A DNA stretch of 64,000 nucleotides from Hemiscyllium ocellatum (lineage: Eukaryota): positions 7,626,001 through 7,690,000 of the forward strand of contig NC_083406.1 of the NCBI RefSeq assembly GCF_020745735.1, in the 5' to 3' direction. A program made the position numbers and the translations under genes. Positions 34,198 through 46,830 of this stretch are shown here, one piece after another (the stretch's first letter is position 1; every line of letters starts with the position of its first letter). The notes below the pieces were generated by a model that saw nothing but the letters and a program-made list of their open reading frames with translations, was not told where the DNA came from and did no database searches.

Positions 34198-37100
34198 CTA
34201 AATTGTAGTTTTTTTTAGTGAATTATGGATTGCACAGAGTTTATTTGGAGGGATTGCTGCTGCGAGGCCTTAAGTTTCTTGCCGTGCCTTAAAACATGAC
34301 TCATTAACAACCTCTCTCATCCCATCCCATGGTATCCCTCATGTCCCATTCTATTCCCCTTTTGTCTTCACCATTCCAGGAACAACTCATCACATAGGAG
34401 ATATCTCCTAAAAGACCAGCATCTTCAAACTGCCATTCTGCGTCCAGACTAGCTCCATCAGAGTGCATCAGGTCTGCATGGCTCCTCAGATTTACGCTGG
34501 ACATGGGAAAAACTGATACCCTGCTCTGCAGGAAAGGTCCGAGTAGATTGGGTGGGGCAGGCACAGAACATCCACATCATCTCCACTATGCCAGCCTTGC
34601 CCCCATACCATTGCAGTCTCAGCTATCTGGGGATTGACCTTCCTCCACACTGCTGGATAATGATCTTCTTCACTCCACCAGCACTCACTTCGCTCAGGAA
34701 TCTTATACTTTAACATTAACCACTGCACCCAGATTTATGCTCTACCACTCTCGCTGTTACATGCATTATCTCTCCAACTTCTCACCTCAACACCATTAGC
34801 TCACATGCCTTCTGCTGTCTCACTTGGAACTCCTTTGCACCTCCACTAAAAGTAACAATGAAACCAACATTCTTTTCCTGTAATACCTTCCTCACTCTCA
34901 ATCCAGGGGAGAACCGATCGCTAATAGAGTGGGAAAAGTTTTAAAAGGTAGAGGGGCTGCATGACATTCAGCACCAAACTCCATACATGGACAGCATCCC
35001 AACCCAGATGGTTCCGAGTTCCTGACTGGCTGTGTCCAAGTCTCTGGACTGATATCAAAGGCTGTTATTGATTTACTGTGTGCTGGGACTCCCTGACTGA
35101 CGGCTATATCCCTTGACTTGAAAGAGGGTTGCTGACAACCACATCCAGTTTTGTATCTGCCCTAAACAGCAAGGCGTCTCTGTCAGAGGAGTCAAGACCC
35201 AAAAAAGACATGCAAAGTGATGCAAGATGGAGATACTGTGAACATTCAGGTATGCTCAGCATAAGCGAGTGTGCACTATGATCGTGAGTGCAGAGGGGAC
35301 GCAGCCTGATCTAGTCCCTTAGCTGGCTGTATGACCGTCCCCCATCTCTCAGTGTGAAAGGTATCCTTGCAACAGCATGACAATGATGGTACAGCAATCA
35401 AGTGCAGAAGCAAATTGTAAATGAATCAAAGATGCAAGGAGACACTTCAGCCAGGCAGAAGAGAATCAATGGAATTCACTGTCACAGAAGATGGTCATGG
35501 AGACCAGGTTGTTGATTATAATTAAGAGAGATAGATATGTTCTTGATTGTCAAAGGGACCAAGAGTTACGAGAAGAAAGCGGGAGAATGGGGTTGAGAAA
35601 TTTATCCATCATAGTGAGCTGAAGCCACCAGGTACCTGCTCCAACTTCCACATTGAGAATTATTGAGATTGCAAACACACCACAGAAGTTCAAAGAGTGG
35701 ACGGTGAATATTAATGAGGCAGGGTGTAGCATTAATAAAAAGAAAAGGTGTTTAACAAGCGATACTGTCCTCGACTGTGCACTCACCACTGTTAAAGTAG
35801 GAAACTCTCCTCACTGCTTAGCATGTGCAGGAAGATGCTCCTGACATCAAGAGATTGCTGGATGTCCTGTCCCATTCTGCCACAAATTCCGCCACAGACC
35901 ACATCGTAACGCCTTGGCATTTGAAGCTGAGAATCCCATCAGCCTTTGTACCACATTTAGCAGTTTTGGATATATTCCCTCAAGTTGCTTGTCTAGTGCC
36001 TGGCTGACAGCTATCACCCCACATCCCTCAGACACCTGCTTGCGATATCTGTGCTCAGACTCAGATGGTGTTGGTATAGGATGCTACTTTGTGCCTAACC
36101 CAGTCTCCTTTGAGCTGGACCTAACAGTGCAACAGAGCCACATTTTAAACTCATGCTTATATTTTACACCTTCACGTTGGTGATTTTTAAACTAGGCCTT
36201 GGTCTGGGTTCAGTGCAATCGTGATGGTATAAATGATAACCCTTTCTTCCAAGTTGTCTTAGATCCTTACCTACACATAACAGTGCCCTTGTCAGACAAA
36301 CAGGGATGTTTGTAGTGTCCTCCAAAGAGTATGGCGGCTGTTTGCAATTAATGCTTTAGGCGTAAAACTTATTTTGAATAAGGCATCTATCAATTAACCT
36401 GAATGAAATGATGCTCCTTTCTTTTGCCAGTAATTTTTAAAAATTCATTGACAGGATCAGGGCATCACTGGTGAGGCCAGCATTTATTGTCCATCCCACA
36501 GGGCAGTTAAGCATCAACTGTTTTGGATATGCAGTCAAGTGTTGCCCTGACCAGGTAATGATGGCAGGTTCCTTCCCCAAAGAATAATTTTGTTTTGAAC
36601 AAAAGTCAAGATTGCATGAACGCGACCATCGCCTGACAGAGTAGAATCTTGTTTGTACATCTGAGTTATGTTTGTATCAGAGGCAGGCAAATCTCATTGA
36701 CTGAAATAGGGAAAAAAAAGTGGGCCAAATTTTCCACTCAGCAGTGCTGCTTTGTGCATTGCCATTCCCTGTGGAGATTTCAGCAGCCAACCTATTTGCC
36801 ATTTTTCAGCCAAGAGTCCAACGGCAGTAACCACCTTAGTCAGTGTAGCCATTTCCCTTGTTGGGGGGAGGAGAGGAGAAAGACACACCTGTTTTTTCCA
36901 TCATCAACCTCTATATTCAAGTATGATTTTAAAAGACACATCTTTTCATCTTGCACTTACTAAGACAATTAGCAAGAAAGGAAAAGGCCATTTTGTACTG
37001 TTTGGTATAGGAACAGGCCATTTAGCCCCATGAGCCTGTTCCACCATTCAATGAGATCCTGGTTGATCCGTGGTCTACCTTCATAGCTCTGCCTTTGGCG

Positions 37101-38399
37101 CCTCTCATTGGTACAGATGCTGTCATGGAGAATGCACCAGCCAGACGAGAGGTGCCAAACAAAACCCTTCAAGAAACTCTGCCTTTTATCAGCAAGTTAT
37201 CCTCATGTGATGACACAAACCTTACATTTCTATGCCCTTCGGGTTCTTCAGTGTGTTGGAGTGGATGAGTGGGTGATGACGTAGAGCAGTGGGTGAGGGA
37301 ACAGTGGTTAAATAGTTGGGGACTATTGGAAGGTTCAAGGTGAGTATGATGCATGAGTAAGACAGAGGCAGGCAGAGGGGATATCAGGAAAGTGGATGGT
37401 TTGGGGATGTTATAGTCAGGTTGGGATGGAGTCAATATCAAAACCAGTCACATTGCAAACTCAAAAAAAGAGTGATGAAACTTTTAATTTGTGAGACTTG
37501 ACATGTCATGTCTAGATTGAATACCACACATAAATCTGGGATGACCCAGGTGTCATTATTGTGGTTAAAACAATATTACAACATGATAGCAATGTGTTTG
37601 CAGCTCTCCACTGAATAAAGACACTCCCAGAAGCATGAGGCAAGAGAAGCAGTGAGGTGGCTTAATTCTGCAACCTCATGGATAAAAAGCATGGTGAGGT
37701 CATGCAGGTGAGAATTCTAAAGTAGGAGAGTTGGACAAGGGATGCAAATTAGGTACAGGAAGAAGAAATAAAGAAATTGTGATGATGATAAGAAGAAAAA
37801 AAAATATAGTTGCAAGCTTCGCTCAGTGCTTTAAATGACTTGTCTTCCTGCTTAGAGGGTGAATGCACAGAATTTACTGAGTTTGGTCACTGCTCAATTC
37901 AAAAGCTGATTCATCTTGTGGATCAAAAAGAAAAGAAAAATGCAAACAACAGCATCAGGAAAGAATAAATAAAGCAAGGTCCAGGATCACATATCAAATC
38001 AAACTAAAGCTTGATTAAAATTGCTCTTTGACATTGTAACCTTAACTGTATAGTTTGCAACATGCAAGGTTGTGAAATTTTCTGCTTCTTTATTTCCAAA
38101 TGTTGCTGTTACCCTCATGTCGATCCCAGTCATTCGCTGCCAATACAATATGTCATATGGCAAACATTAATCCAAAAACTACTCCACAAGGATAAATTAG
38201 AACATGAAATTGTTACTATCTTGACTCCATTCCTATTACACAATTTAAATATGTAGTTGATTTGTACTGACATGCTACTACCTGACACAGCCCTAGGTTA
38301 CAGACTAACACTGGTATCAAACACCTAACTGTCGACATAATCAAAATGCTTGCTCCCAAGTGAACAGGAAAATTCTCTAGTGGCGCCAGTATATCTTAC

Positions 38400-38504
38400 C
38401 TTCGCAGTACTATATACTCCCCAGCAAGTATTCAAGAAGTTGTTGCGGGATTTCGCACATCTTGCTTATGTTGCCATCTTGTACTTGCAGGTGACGGTTT
38501 GAAT
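38400..38504 (-). other. candidate non-coding upstream exon of ELF1 (105 nt)
   Basis: Acceptor cttgttgttccttAG at 38505-38506 and near-consensus donor AAG|GTAAGA at 38399; stop codons in all three frames; relatively CpG-rich unique sequence. Confidence 0.35.
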
Positions 38505-38612
38505 CTAAGGAACAACAAGCAGTTGTTTGACAGGACTGGAAAATCCAGTTCTCTCACATTGCTTTCTTACCTCCCCTCATTAGCTTACCATTCTGTAGGG
38601 GATCCAATTACA

Positions 38613-39180
38613 GTGCAAGCACAATGCCAGTTTGTCAAACATATCACATACCAACGGCACCTATGTCTGTTTGTGCCTGTCTGCTGGACGACTCAGCCCT
38701 CATAACCTGATCTCCTTTACCACTGCACCTTAAATATTACGATTCAATCAGGTAGCTCTTCAAATACCGCATTATAAAAAGTATGATATCGAAAAGTATC
38801 GAATACAAAGGCTTTAGACTTATTCTCCAGGTTTCTTACAGATTTAGGTGCCACATTTTTATAAATGCTCCTTTTACTTTCTCAGTTTAATTGTTCAGGT
38901 GGGGGTATTATTGAAAGGAAAAAGTGAGGACTGCAGATGCTGGAAATCGGGAGTTGAGAGTTTGGGGTGCTGGAAAAGCACAGCAGGTCAGGCAGCATCT
39001 GAGGAGCAGGAGAATCAACATTTCAGGCAAAAGCCCTTCATCAGGAAATTATTGAATATTGTGCAAGCACAACACCAGTTTGCCAACATATCCCATGTCA
39101 GCAGCACTTAGATTGGTTTGTGCCTGTCTGTTTGACAGCTCAGCCTTCACAACAAGATCTCCATTACCACTGCACCTTAA
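38613..39180 (+). repeat. diverged ~120-bp direct duplication (38613-38733 and 39061-39180)
   Basis: GTGCAAGCACAA..CCAGTTTG...TTTGTGCCTGTCTG...GATCTCC.TTACCACTGCACCTTAA in both copies. Confidence 0.9.
38917..39047 (-). mobile_element. family-A terminal repeat
   Basis: AAAGTGAGGACTGCAGATGCTGG...TTTCAGGCAAAAGCCCTTCATCAGGAA; hammerhead core on minus strand at 39017-39044. Confidence 0.8.
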
Positions 39181-39854
39181 TGTGAATTATTGAATTGCTC
39201 CTCAATATTATTGAAAGGGCCCAGCAATGAGGTGGCGGTTTCATCAAGGGAAACTAGGGATGAGATTGTGTTTTGCTAATTGTAGGAACAAATTACTGCA
39301 GATGCTGAAATCTGCACTGCAAACAACAAATGCTGGAGATCACAGCAGGTTATGCAGTATCCATGGAGAGAGAGCACACTAATGTTTCGAGTCTAGATTT
39401 CATTGCAACCGGTTTTCAGGAAGGGCCAGACTGATCCCATTTGGAGAGGTGTGTCATATCAAAACCAGCCTTTTCCAAACAGCAATAATCGTGAAATAAA
39501 TTTATTCCTCAGTCACCTGTTCACACAAGGATTTCGCTGACTTGCTGTTCACTGTTCGTGCCTTTAGTAAAAGATTAAATGTTAGTCAGCACTGTGCTTA
39601 ATCTTCTCAAATGTTTCAAGAACATCAATAACATTCCAATTTGTTCTGTAGCTGTGTATCCATTGCTATGTCAGTTAAGGCTTCATTTATTTGCTTTTAG
39701 AAAATTCACTCAGTTTTCCTTCAGGCGCTAACACAAGTCAATTTTCCCAAATTTGAAAAAAAAAGTGAACAATATTGGAGGTTCATTCACACTTGCTGCT
39801 ATGCTCTGTCCTCCCACACACAGATGTTTGAAATCATCACTTTTTAAAACATTA

Positions 39855-40505
39855 ATTCGTTTGTGGGATCTGCGTGTCACTGGCTGGCCTGCGTTTTATG
39901 GCCCGTCCCTAGTTGCCCCTTGAGAAGGTGGGGGTGAGCTGCCTTCTTGAACCTCTGTAGTCTACCTGCTGTGGGTTGACCCACAATGTCCTGAGGGAGG
40001 GAGCTGCAGGATTTTGACCCAGTGACGGTGAAAGAACGGCGATATAATTCCAAGTCAGGATGATAAGAGGCTGGGAGGGGAACTTGCAGTTGGTGGTGTT
40101 CCCATACATTTGCTGCCCTTGTGCTTCTAGATGGAAGTGGTTGTGGGTTTGGACGATGCTGAGGATCTTTGGCGAATTTCTGCGGTGCATCTTGTAGATA
40201 GTAAATGCTCCTGCTACTGAGCGTCAGTGGTTGAGGGAGTGGATGTAGTGCCAATCAAGTGGGCTGCTTTGTCCTGGATAGTGTCAAGCTTCTTGTGTTT
40301 TTGAAGCTGCAACCATCCAGGCAAGTGGGGAGCATCTCATCACCACCACCGCAACAGAAAGTGAGGACTGCAGATGCTGGAGAGTCAGAATCAAGAGAGT
40401 GTGGTGCTGCAAAAGCACAATAGGTCAGGCAGCTCAAGGGCAACTAGGGATGCACAATAAATGCTGGCCAACCAGCGACACCCACATCTCAGGAGTGAGT
40501 TAAAG
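39855..40505 (-). mobile_element. CR1-group LINE 3' end with inverted terminal copy and a family-A fragment at the junction
   Basis: CCCTAGTTGCCCCTTGAG at ~39907 and its reverse complement CTCAAGGGCAACTAGGG at 40433; family-A piece at 40356-40432. Confidence 0.7.
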
Positions 40506-40874
40506 CAAAAAGACTGATGATTTCAGTGCAGTCTCAAATGTGGTTCACTAGAAATCTTCCACGTAATAATCAGTTCCAAGCTCTTTAGAGATAATACAAT
40601 ATATAACAATTACCAATATAATTTGAGGACAAACAGCATGACACAAGTATCACAGAGCTATCCAAGATCTTGTTATTGAAATCAATAACTTGATTCTCAC
40701 CAGAAGATGAAACCTATCTGGTGTTCTTGACACTTCCACCTCCTACAGCACAGATTGCGATCCTGACCACTTTGCTCTCAGCAGCAGAGTAAAGGGGCAG
40801 ACATTACAGCTCCAAACATAATGTCCAATCATACATCAAGATCCCTGGTACAAACAATATGCCTAATAGTAGCA

Positions 40875-41415
40875 TTCCTGCCTGGTCCATCCACATGAAT
40901 GTAATGGTCAGGAAAGCACAACTCCTCTACTTTCTCAAACAGCTAAGAAAATTTGGCATGTCCATAAAGACTGTTATCAATTTCTTTAGATGCATCATAG
41001 AAAGAATTCTATTTGGATGCATCGCGGCTTAGTAAGGCATCTACTCCGCCCAAGACTGTAAGGAACTGCATGCAAGCCAACCTTCCGTCCACTGACTCCT
41101 TTTACCCTTCTCACTGCCTCGTAAAGGCAGCCAAAATCATCAAAGGCCCTCCCACCCCGGTTTGAACCTGTTCCAACCTCTTCCATCGGGTAGGAGATAC
41201 GTAAGCTTAAACACGCATACCAAAAGATTGAAGAACAGCTTTTTAACCAGTGTCATTAGGCTCCTGAATGGTCCTCTCAAATTTAACGTTGATCTCGCTC
41301 TCTGTGCACCTTCTCTGTAGCTGTATTCATCATTCTGTTCTATTACCCTAATGCACTGTGTGTGGTATGATCTACCTGTACTGTGCACAAAATAAAAAAC
41401 GTTTCACTGTACCTA
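40875..41415 (+). mobile_element. Rex1/Babar LINE 3' fragment
   Basis: Colinear with 18270-19090 (AAATTTGGCATGTCCA, AAGAACAGCTT, TTTCACTGTAC). Confidence 0.8.
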
Positions 41416-41471
41416 ATCGCTCCATATCAGTCTGAACCAATTGTTTCAGCAAACGCTTATTAAGAAATGAC

Positions 41472-41639
41472 AGAAAGTGAGGACAGCAGATGTTGGACAG
41501 TCAGAGTCAAAAAGTGTGGCATTGGAAAAGCACAGCAGGTCAGGCAGCATTCCTGATGAAAGGCTTATGTCTGAAACGTTGACTCTCCTGTTCTTCGGAT
41601 GCTGCCTGACCTGCTGTGCTTTTCTAGTACCACACTTTT
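41472..41639. mobile_element. family-A inverted cassette
   Basis: Inverted arms; plus-strand hammerhead core at 41553-41580; degenerate ~19-bp TSD AAACGCTTATTAAGAAATG/AAATGCTTATCAAGGAATG. Confidence 0.82.
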
Positions 41640-43028
41640 AAATGCTTATCAAGGAATGCCAATATTATTAATGATGTTTGGAAGATGCTGTTTCACAATC
41701 AATCAATAGCATTACAATGTGACAAACTTGACATCTTTTCATCAGTGATGACATCTGTTTCTGAAGCAAAACAAAAAGCTGTTTGTGTCCAACCACTAGA
41801 ACACTATGATCTGAAAATAGCCAAGACAATTGTGAAAAGAGAAAAAGAGGTATTGCACAAATCAATCCTGGATTGACCGCACACCATGAAATTGAAACTG
41901 CCCGCGACAATGGAAATCTACTTGATCATGGGATCAAGTAGTTGGTTGGTTCTACCATCAGCAAAGGCTGTTCTCCACCATGAGGTTAACAGATGACACG
42001 GCACTTACTGACAGAAGTAAACAGAGGGCACATAAGGTTAAATACCAACCTGTAAAGAGTTAATTGTAACAATTCTTTAACAATTGCTACTGAGCGAATG
42101 TATAAGGAGACGTCATGACCACCTCCAGTCATAATACTCTGTGATCTAATGGAAGAGGCACGAGCAAAGACCTGGTCTCCCATACCTCTATCATTTTTAT
42201 TTATTTTTGAATATCCTAGTCCAGAGGTAGGAACATTACCACCATCCCATAACAGCCCATCTGTACAGTTGTTGCAGCCAGGACGTGTCAGTGGTTTGCG
42301 CTTGATCAGTGCCTGGTTCTCATCTGGCTTTGGCTCCATGAAGCTCTACTCCTACACAGTGACAAGCAATGACAAGGGAGTGTGTCGGAAAAACAGCAAT
42401 GGTCAACAAGGAAAGGTCTGAAGAGGACTTCAGCAACAGCACCAGCAGACAATGAGTCCCTGTCTGACCAAGCATGTGAATTGCTGAGGAAAGCCACAAG
42501 CACTACAATAACCAGCAACAAGCACAGACAGCACCACAGGAGACATGAACTTCACCTTGGGTAATGAACTCCAGGCTCCCACAGCCTGGACTATTAAAGA
42601 TGCTGACTGTCAATGTCTTCATGGTGCGATGGAGAAGATCCACAGGCCAGAAGGCAGCCCTGCCCAAAGTGCCAATAGCTACGGCTGCAGCAATGTTATA
42701 AACCAGTGGCTTGCTAACAAACGTGGGTGTGTTTATGAAGCACAGAACAAGTGCATATAAAAGGAAGCCCTACACAGGAAACCACTTTTCTTGAAGAAAT
42801 CGCAGACATGATTCACCAACACGCATTAGCTAACATTGCAGTTGTTGGATGTCAAACAGACTTCAAATTGGACTTAAAGATTACTCTGTAGCTCTCATTT
42901 GTCAACTGTCAAGACTGTATCTTCTTATTTTATTTTTTAACTGAACTGAACTGTAAAAAGGCTCCAAAAAGGACTAGGAAAAGGAACTGCTATACTTCCA
43001 CAAGGCAAATTACTGAAATTGCATGTGC

Positions 43029-45250
43029 TGTTTATACCACTGCTTTCATGAAGTTGTTGGGGAAGATTGGTTTCGACAGGCGGCTCCAGGGCTTTGTATA
43101 ACAAGGTGAGATTCAGCTGGCAACAGGTTGCTGATTGGTGTTTGGCATCCAGAACTGGACACTAATCCACAAACCAATCAACCTGACAACGACTCAGATT
43201 GACTCCTGGGTAACTGAAGAACTTGTGGATGCGAACAATACTGGCAGATAACACCGGCCTTTTCAACTGCCCCAAAAGGCATCTCTGTCTCGCTCTTTCT
43301 CCAGGAGATTACCTAAAGCCTGAAAAGAACCAGTTTGTTTTGTTTCCTCCGAGCTGGCACTTTTAGTCAGTAAGCCAGAGATTGTACCATTTGTGAACCA
43401 GTCACTCTGCACCTCTAGTGAAGAAGTGAGAGAACCTGATGGAGAACATTAGAAAACTGAAGGACTTGTGAAACCAAAAAGAACACTCCATTGAATCCTG
43501 AGATACTACAGAACTGTTTATCCAGATCTCGTTCTTCCCCTCCATGCACAAGATCATTTTCTTATGTCTGCCCCTCTCTGGATGTGTGTGTAGAGGAGTT
43601 TTTGAAGGGGGTTAGAGTTTTTACTAGTAAAATTACTTGTCAACATTCAAGTTGTTTACCTATGGTTAAGATTATTTAAAAATAAATAACAGTTTTGTTA
43701 AGTAGAGAGATCTGGTCCATATTTCCATTTAACCTAGGCCCCTTTAATAGAAAAATGGGGATTATGTGTACTTCCAATATAGACATTTTTAAATTCTCTG
43801 ATGACTCAATATCAAGTGAGGATTGAGCACCAGCTTGCTCACCCCAGTGAGGCGTGACCAAACGTCGGACATTTTGAAACAAGTGGGAGGTTTGGGTGTG
43901 GTAGAACACAAGTGAAGAAAACCACCAGGTTCTGCACCATAGTTAGGAAATGGCACTGGAAATGCAAAGGATTTCCTGCAGATGGCAGAGTTGAGCCAGA
44001 TAGTCTGAAGTGAGCTTTCAAAACCCAAGCTGATTAAATTGGCAGGTAAACTTGAGGTAATGTTGCCTGACAGAGCTTGGAAGAATGAACCAACTAAACT
44101 TAACTGGTACTTGGGTTTAGTACAAACATAAGGAGTAGCGACGTAATGAAATTAAGTAGGACTTAACTTGAGCGTGAAGAAAAGATAAAACTGATAAAAT
44201 AGTTGAGTATGGAGACACAGAAAAAAAAGGAAGAGAAGGAATTCCAAGCAACCGAAAGAGACAAAGGAAAAGGGAAGAGCATTGAGAAAACAAAAATTCA
44301 AATCACAAAAAGAAAGAGTGAGGAAACATGAATATAAGCTTAAAATAATGCAGTTTGAAAAAAATCTTGATACAGGTTCCGCTGGGGAGAATTTGAAACT
44401 TGAAGTCCAATAGGGAAATGTTTACATTTATACAGGCACAAAATTTGAGGAAGAGATCCCAGAGGCATTCTGCAGATTCTTTGTGAAAACAATGAGACAA
44501 AAGAAACACAAATCACTGGAGAAACTCAGCAGATCCGGCAGTAGCTGTGGGAAGAAAGCAGAGTTAGTGGTTTGAATTGGTGAGTTTCTCCTGCGATTTC
44601 TGGTTTGTTTCAGATCTCCAGCATCTGCTTTACTGAGACAAGTGAATGAGGTAAAAGGCAGCGGCTAGCCAAACACATCCAGAGTAACTTGGGTAAAGCA
44701 CAGTAAATTTACACTTCATTGTCAGCAGACTTGCCTCGGGAGAATGGCTTAAAAATAAACTACACTAGCTGCATAGAAGTTAGTGCCAAGGCATATTGGC
44801 AAAAGTTCAGAAACATAAGGAAACAGGCTGGGCAAACCTACGTAGAATTTGAAGAGGTAATTTTGACAGAGTGGATGATTTTCAGAAGCTGAAAAGACAC
44901 ATGAAGCTCTTAAAGGGATTATTCTTCGGTGATAAGTATCCACGTTGAAGTCCAAAGGCATGCAGGGTTGATGGTTTTGAACTGATCCATAAAACTAAAC
45001 CCTTCTTTTACACCACCATCACAAAGTTAATGAAAAATGGGAGCGTGAAAGGAAATCAAGGAACCAGGGTAAGAAGTGTATCGCTGGGAATTCCCCAAGA
45101 TCCCCTCCTTAGAACAGGGAAGGAAACAAGGAGGGGAAATAAAAAAAAATCAGACTGTAACAAGGCAAGATGGATTCATTCAGAATGATGGAAGATTTGA
45201 AGGAAACCGATGGGACTTGGTGGAGCTTTTAAGGAAGAGTCTGAAAAGGG
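43029..45250 (+). mobile_element. decayed Gypsy (Gmr1-like) LTR retrotransposon: LTR-like ~43029-43860 plus gag
   Basis: 44770-44930 translates (frameshifted) LVP/AYWQKFRNIRKQAGQTYVEFE...THEALKGIIL, resembling the Gmr1/SCAN-related capsid motif LVPEAYRQKFR; preceded by a Glu/Lys-rich region. Confidence 0.65.
44497..44630. mobile_element. family-C inverted cassette inserted in Gypsy gag
   Basis: CTGGAGAAACTCAGCAG...AGAAAGCAGAGTTA followed by inverted TGAGTTTCTCC..GATTTCTG..CAGATCTCCAGCATCTGC. Confidence 0.7.
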
Positions 45251-45744
45251 AACTCAACAAAGAACGTGCCAAGGACCACATTGTCATCAGGCACCTGAAC
45301 AGGAGGACAAACTGCTGCCATGTCAGTTGCGCCAAGTTATAGATTTAGCTGCCCATGAGGGAAAAACTGATGGCAATGTTTGAAAACCCTTGGAGATAGC
45401 AATTCTCATTATGGAGCTGTGGTTTGTCTGTTATTCATGTAAAAAACATGCAGCTGAATGATGATATCTGGGAAGTTATCTCCAAAGAAAGGTAAGAACA
45501 TCCCGAGGTCTTGTCTGCTGAATGAGGTCAGGGGCTGGGAGCAGTAAATGGAGGAAGGAGATATTAAAAAAAGAAAATCCCTTGAATCATCTTCAACAAA
45601 AAGAGAAGCTCTTTCTCCCTGCATTCCAAATCAACTTTCATCCCTCCATCAATACCATCAAAAAGTAATTAGCTAACAATTTTCATCATTTGGAAGAATT
45701 TAGAGTTTCCAAGTTGCTGGGTTTGCCTAGCCATCTGCTTTTCT

Positions 45745-46313
45745 TTTCCCCTTTTTTCTCTCTCTCTCTTTTTCATCCTGTACTTATCTCCTGTGAAGAG
45801 CTCAATTGCAGCAACAGTGCCCAGCACTGACTCGTGATGGAAGATTCCAGTAAGGTGGCAACAGAGGGGTGAGCACAGGACCTGGCATTGGCAGTGGCAC
45901 TGTCGCTGAGGTAGGCCCAGTGGTGAAAGATGGGGCCTGAGGATTGGTGACTTGAACATTGGTTGGGTCCAGTGTCAGTGGCTGTGAAGTGGTGGTAGAA
46001 TGGGCATCTCAGTGAGGAGGGCAGAGAAGGCAACATCTACGGTCGGGATTGGAAATATTGGGCTTCAGCTGCAGCAATGTATTGGTGTACCAATGCGGAA
46101 TTGGTATTCGTGGAACGGACTGTGGAGGCACTGGTGGGTCTGGGCCCGCTGTGCAGACCCCTCTGTTTTTGCTTACATTTAAGTCTTATAGCTTAATTAA
46201 AATCTCATCTTAATATCTTGTATAAATAAAATTGTGCACGAGCATGATGATATATGACACTTTTCACCGCAATTATTTGTTAATTGCAAGTGACAATAAA
46301 ACCATTCAATTCA
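45745..46313 (+). mobile_element. non-coding element with Rex1/Babar-type tail
   Basis: Shares CCTGTG(G)AAGAGCTC with 30473-30487; tail ACTTTTCACCGCAATTA..TAATTGCAAGTGACAATAAA (ATTCA)n. Confidence 0.55.
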
Positions 46314-46814
46314 ATATACAGTCACAGGGCTTACACCTTAAGACCACCCAGTGGCCGTGAATGGCTTTGGAATTTAATAAGAACAAGACAAATGACAATA
46401 AAAGTTAGTCCTTTCTGCTGGGAATCTTTAATGAGAACATTTCCAGTACAGATTTTGTTTAAACAGGGCAACATTGCCATGATAAAGAATGTTACTGCAT
46501 ATAACAGTACCACATTGATGAAATTTTCCAACATGCATGAGAAGAAAATATTGAATTGTACGGCTACTTACACATAGTAATTTATACAGAGTACTTGTGT
46601 ACAAACTTGATATAGTAGCTATTATGACGGACCGTACCATGTTGTCTAGTAGCAACAGGGCCAACGCTGTTCTCGGATTAGTAAAAGCTATAGCAGCTGA
46701 AGATCACATTGTAAGCGATCAACAGGAGGGGTTTAACAGTTCCTAAATATAGCAAGCTGCATTTTCAAAAGTGTAAATGCTGGGAGTACATGTTTGCCAC
46801 TCATATTACCTCTA

Positions 46815-46830
46815 TGCTTTCACTTCCTGT
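46815..46830 (-). promoter_or_regulatory. ETS-IRF composite element (EICE)
   Basis: Minus strand reads ACAGGAAGTGAAAGC, an exact GGAAnnGAAA match, in unique sequence. Confidence 0.4.

Noticed and set aside
34250-37450. Possible Harbinger/Myb-SANT-derived relics (also ~52200-53640 and ~59000-59340)
   Set aside because: Only a vague compositional resemblance; no TIR, TSD or catalytic motif could be verified.
41660-42870. Possible Gypsy gag zinc-knuckle remnant (Cys-rich stretch ~42605-42700)
   Set aside because: Too decayed to support by eye; needs a frameshift-aware HMM search.
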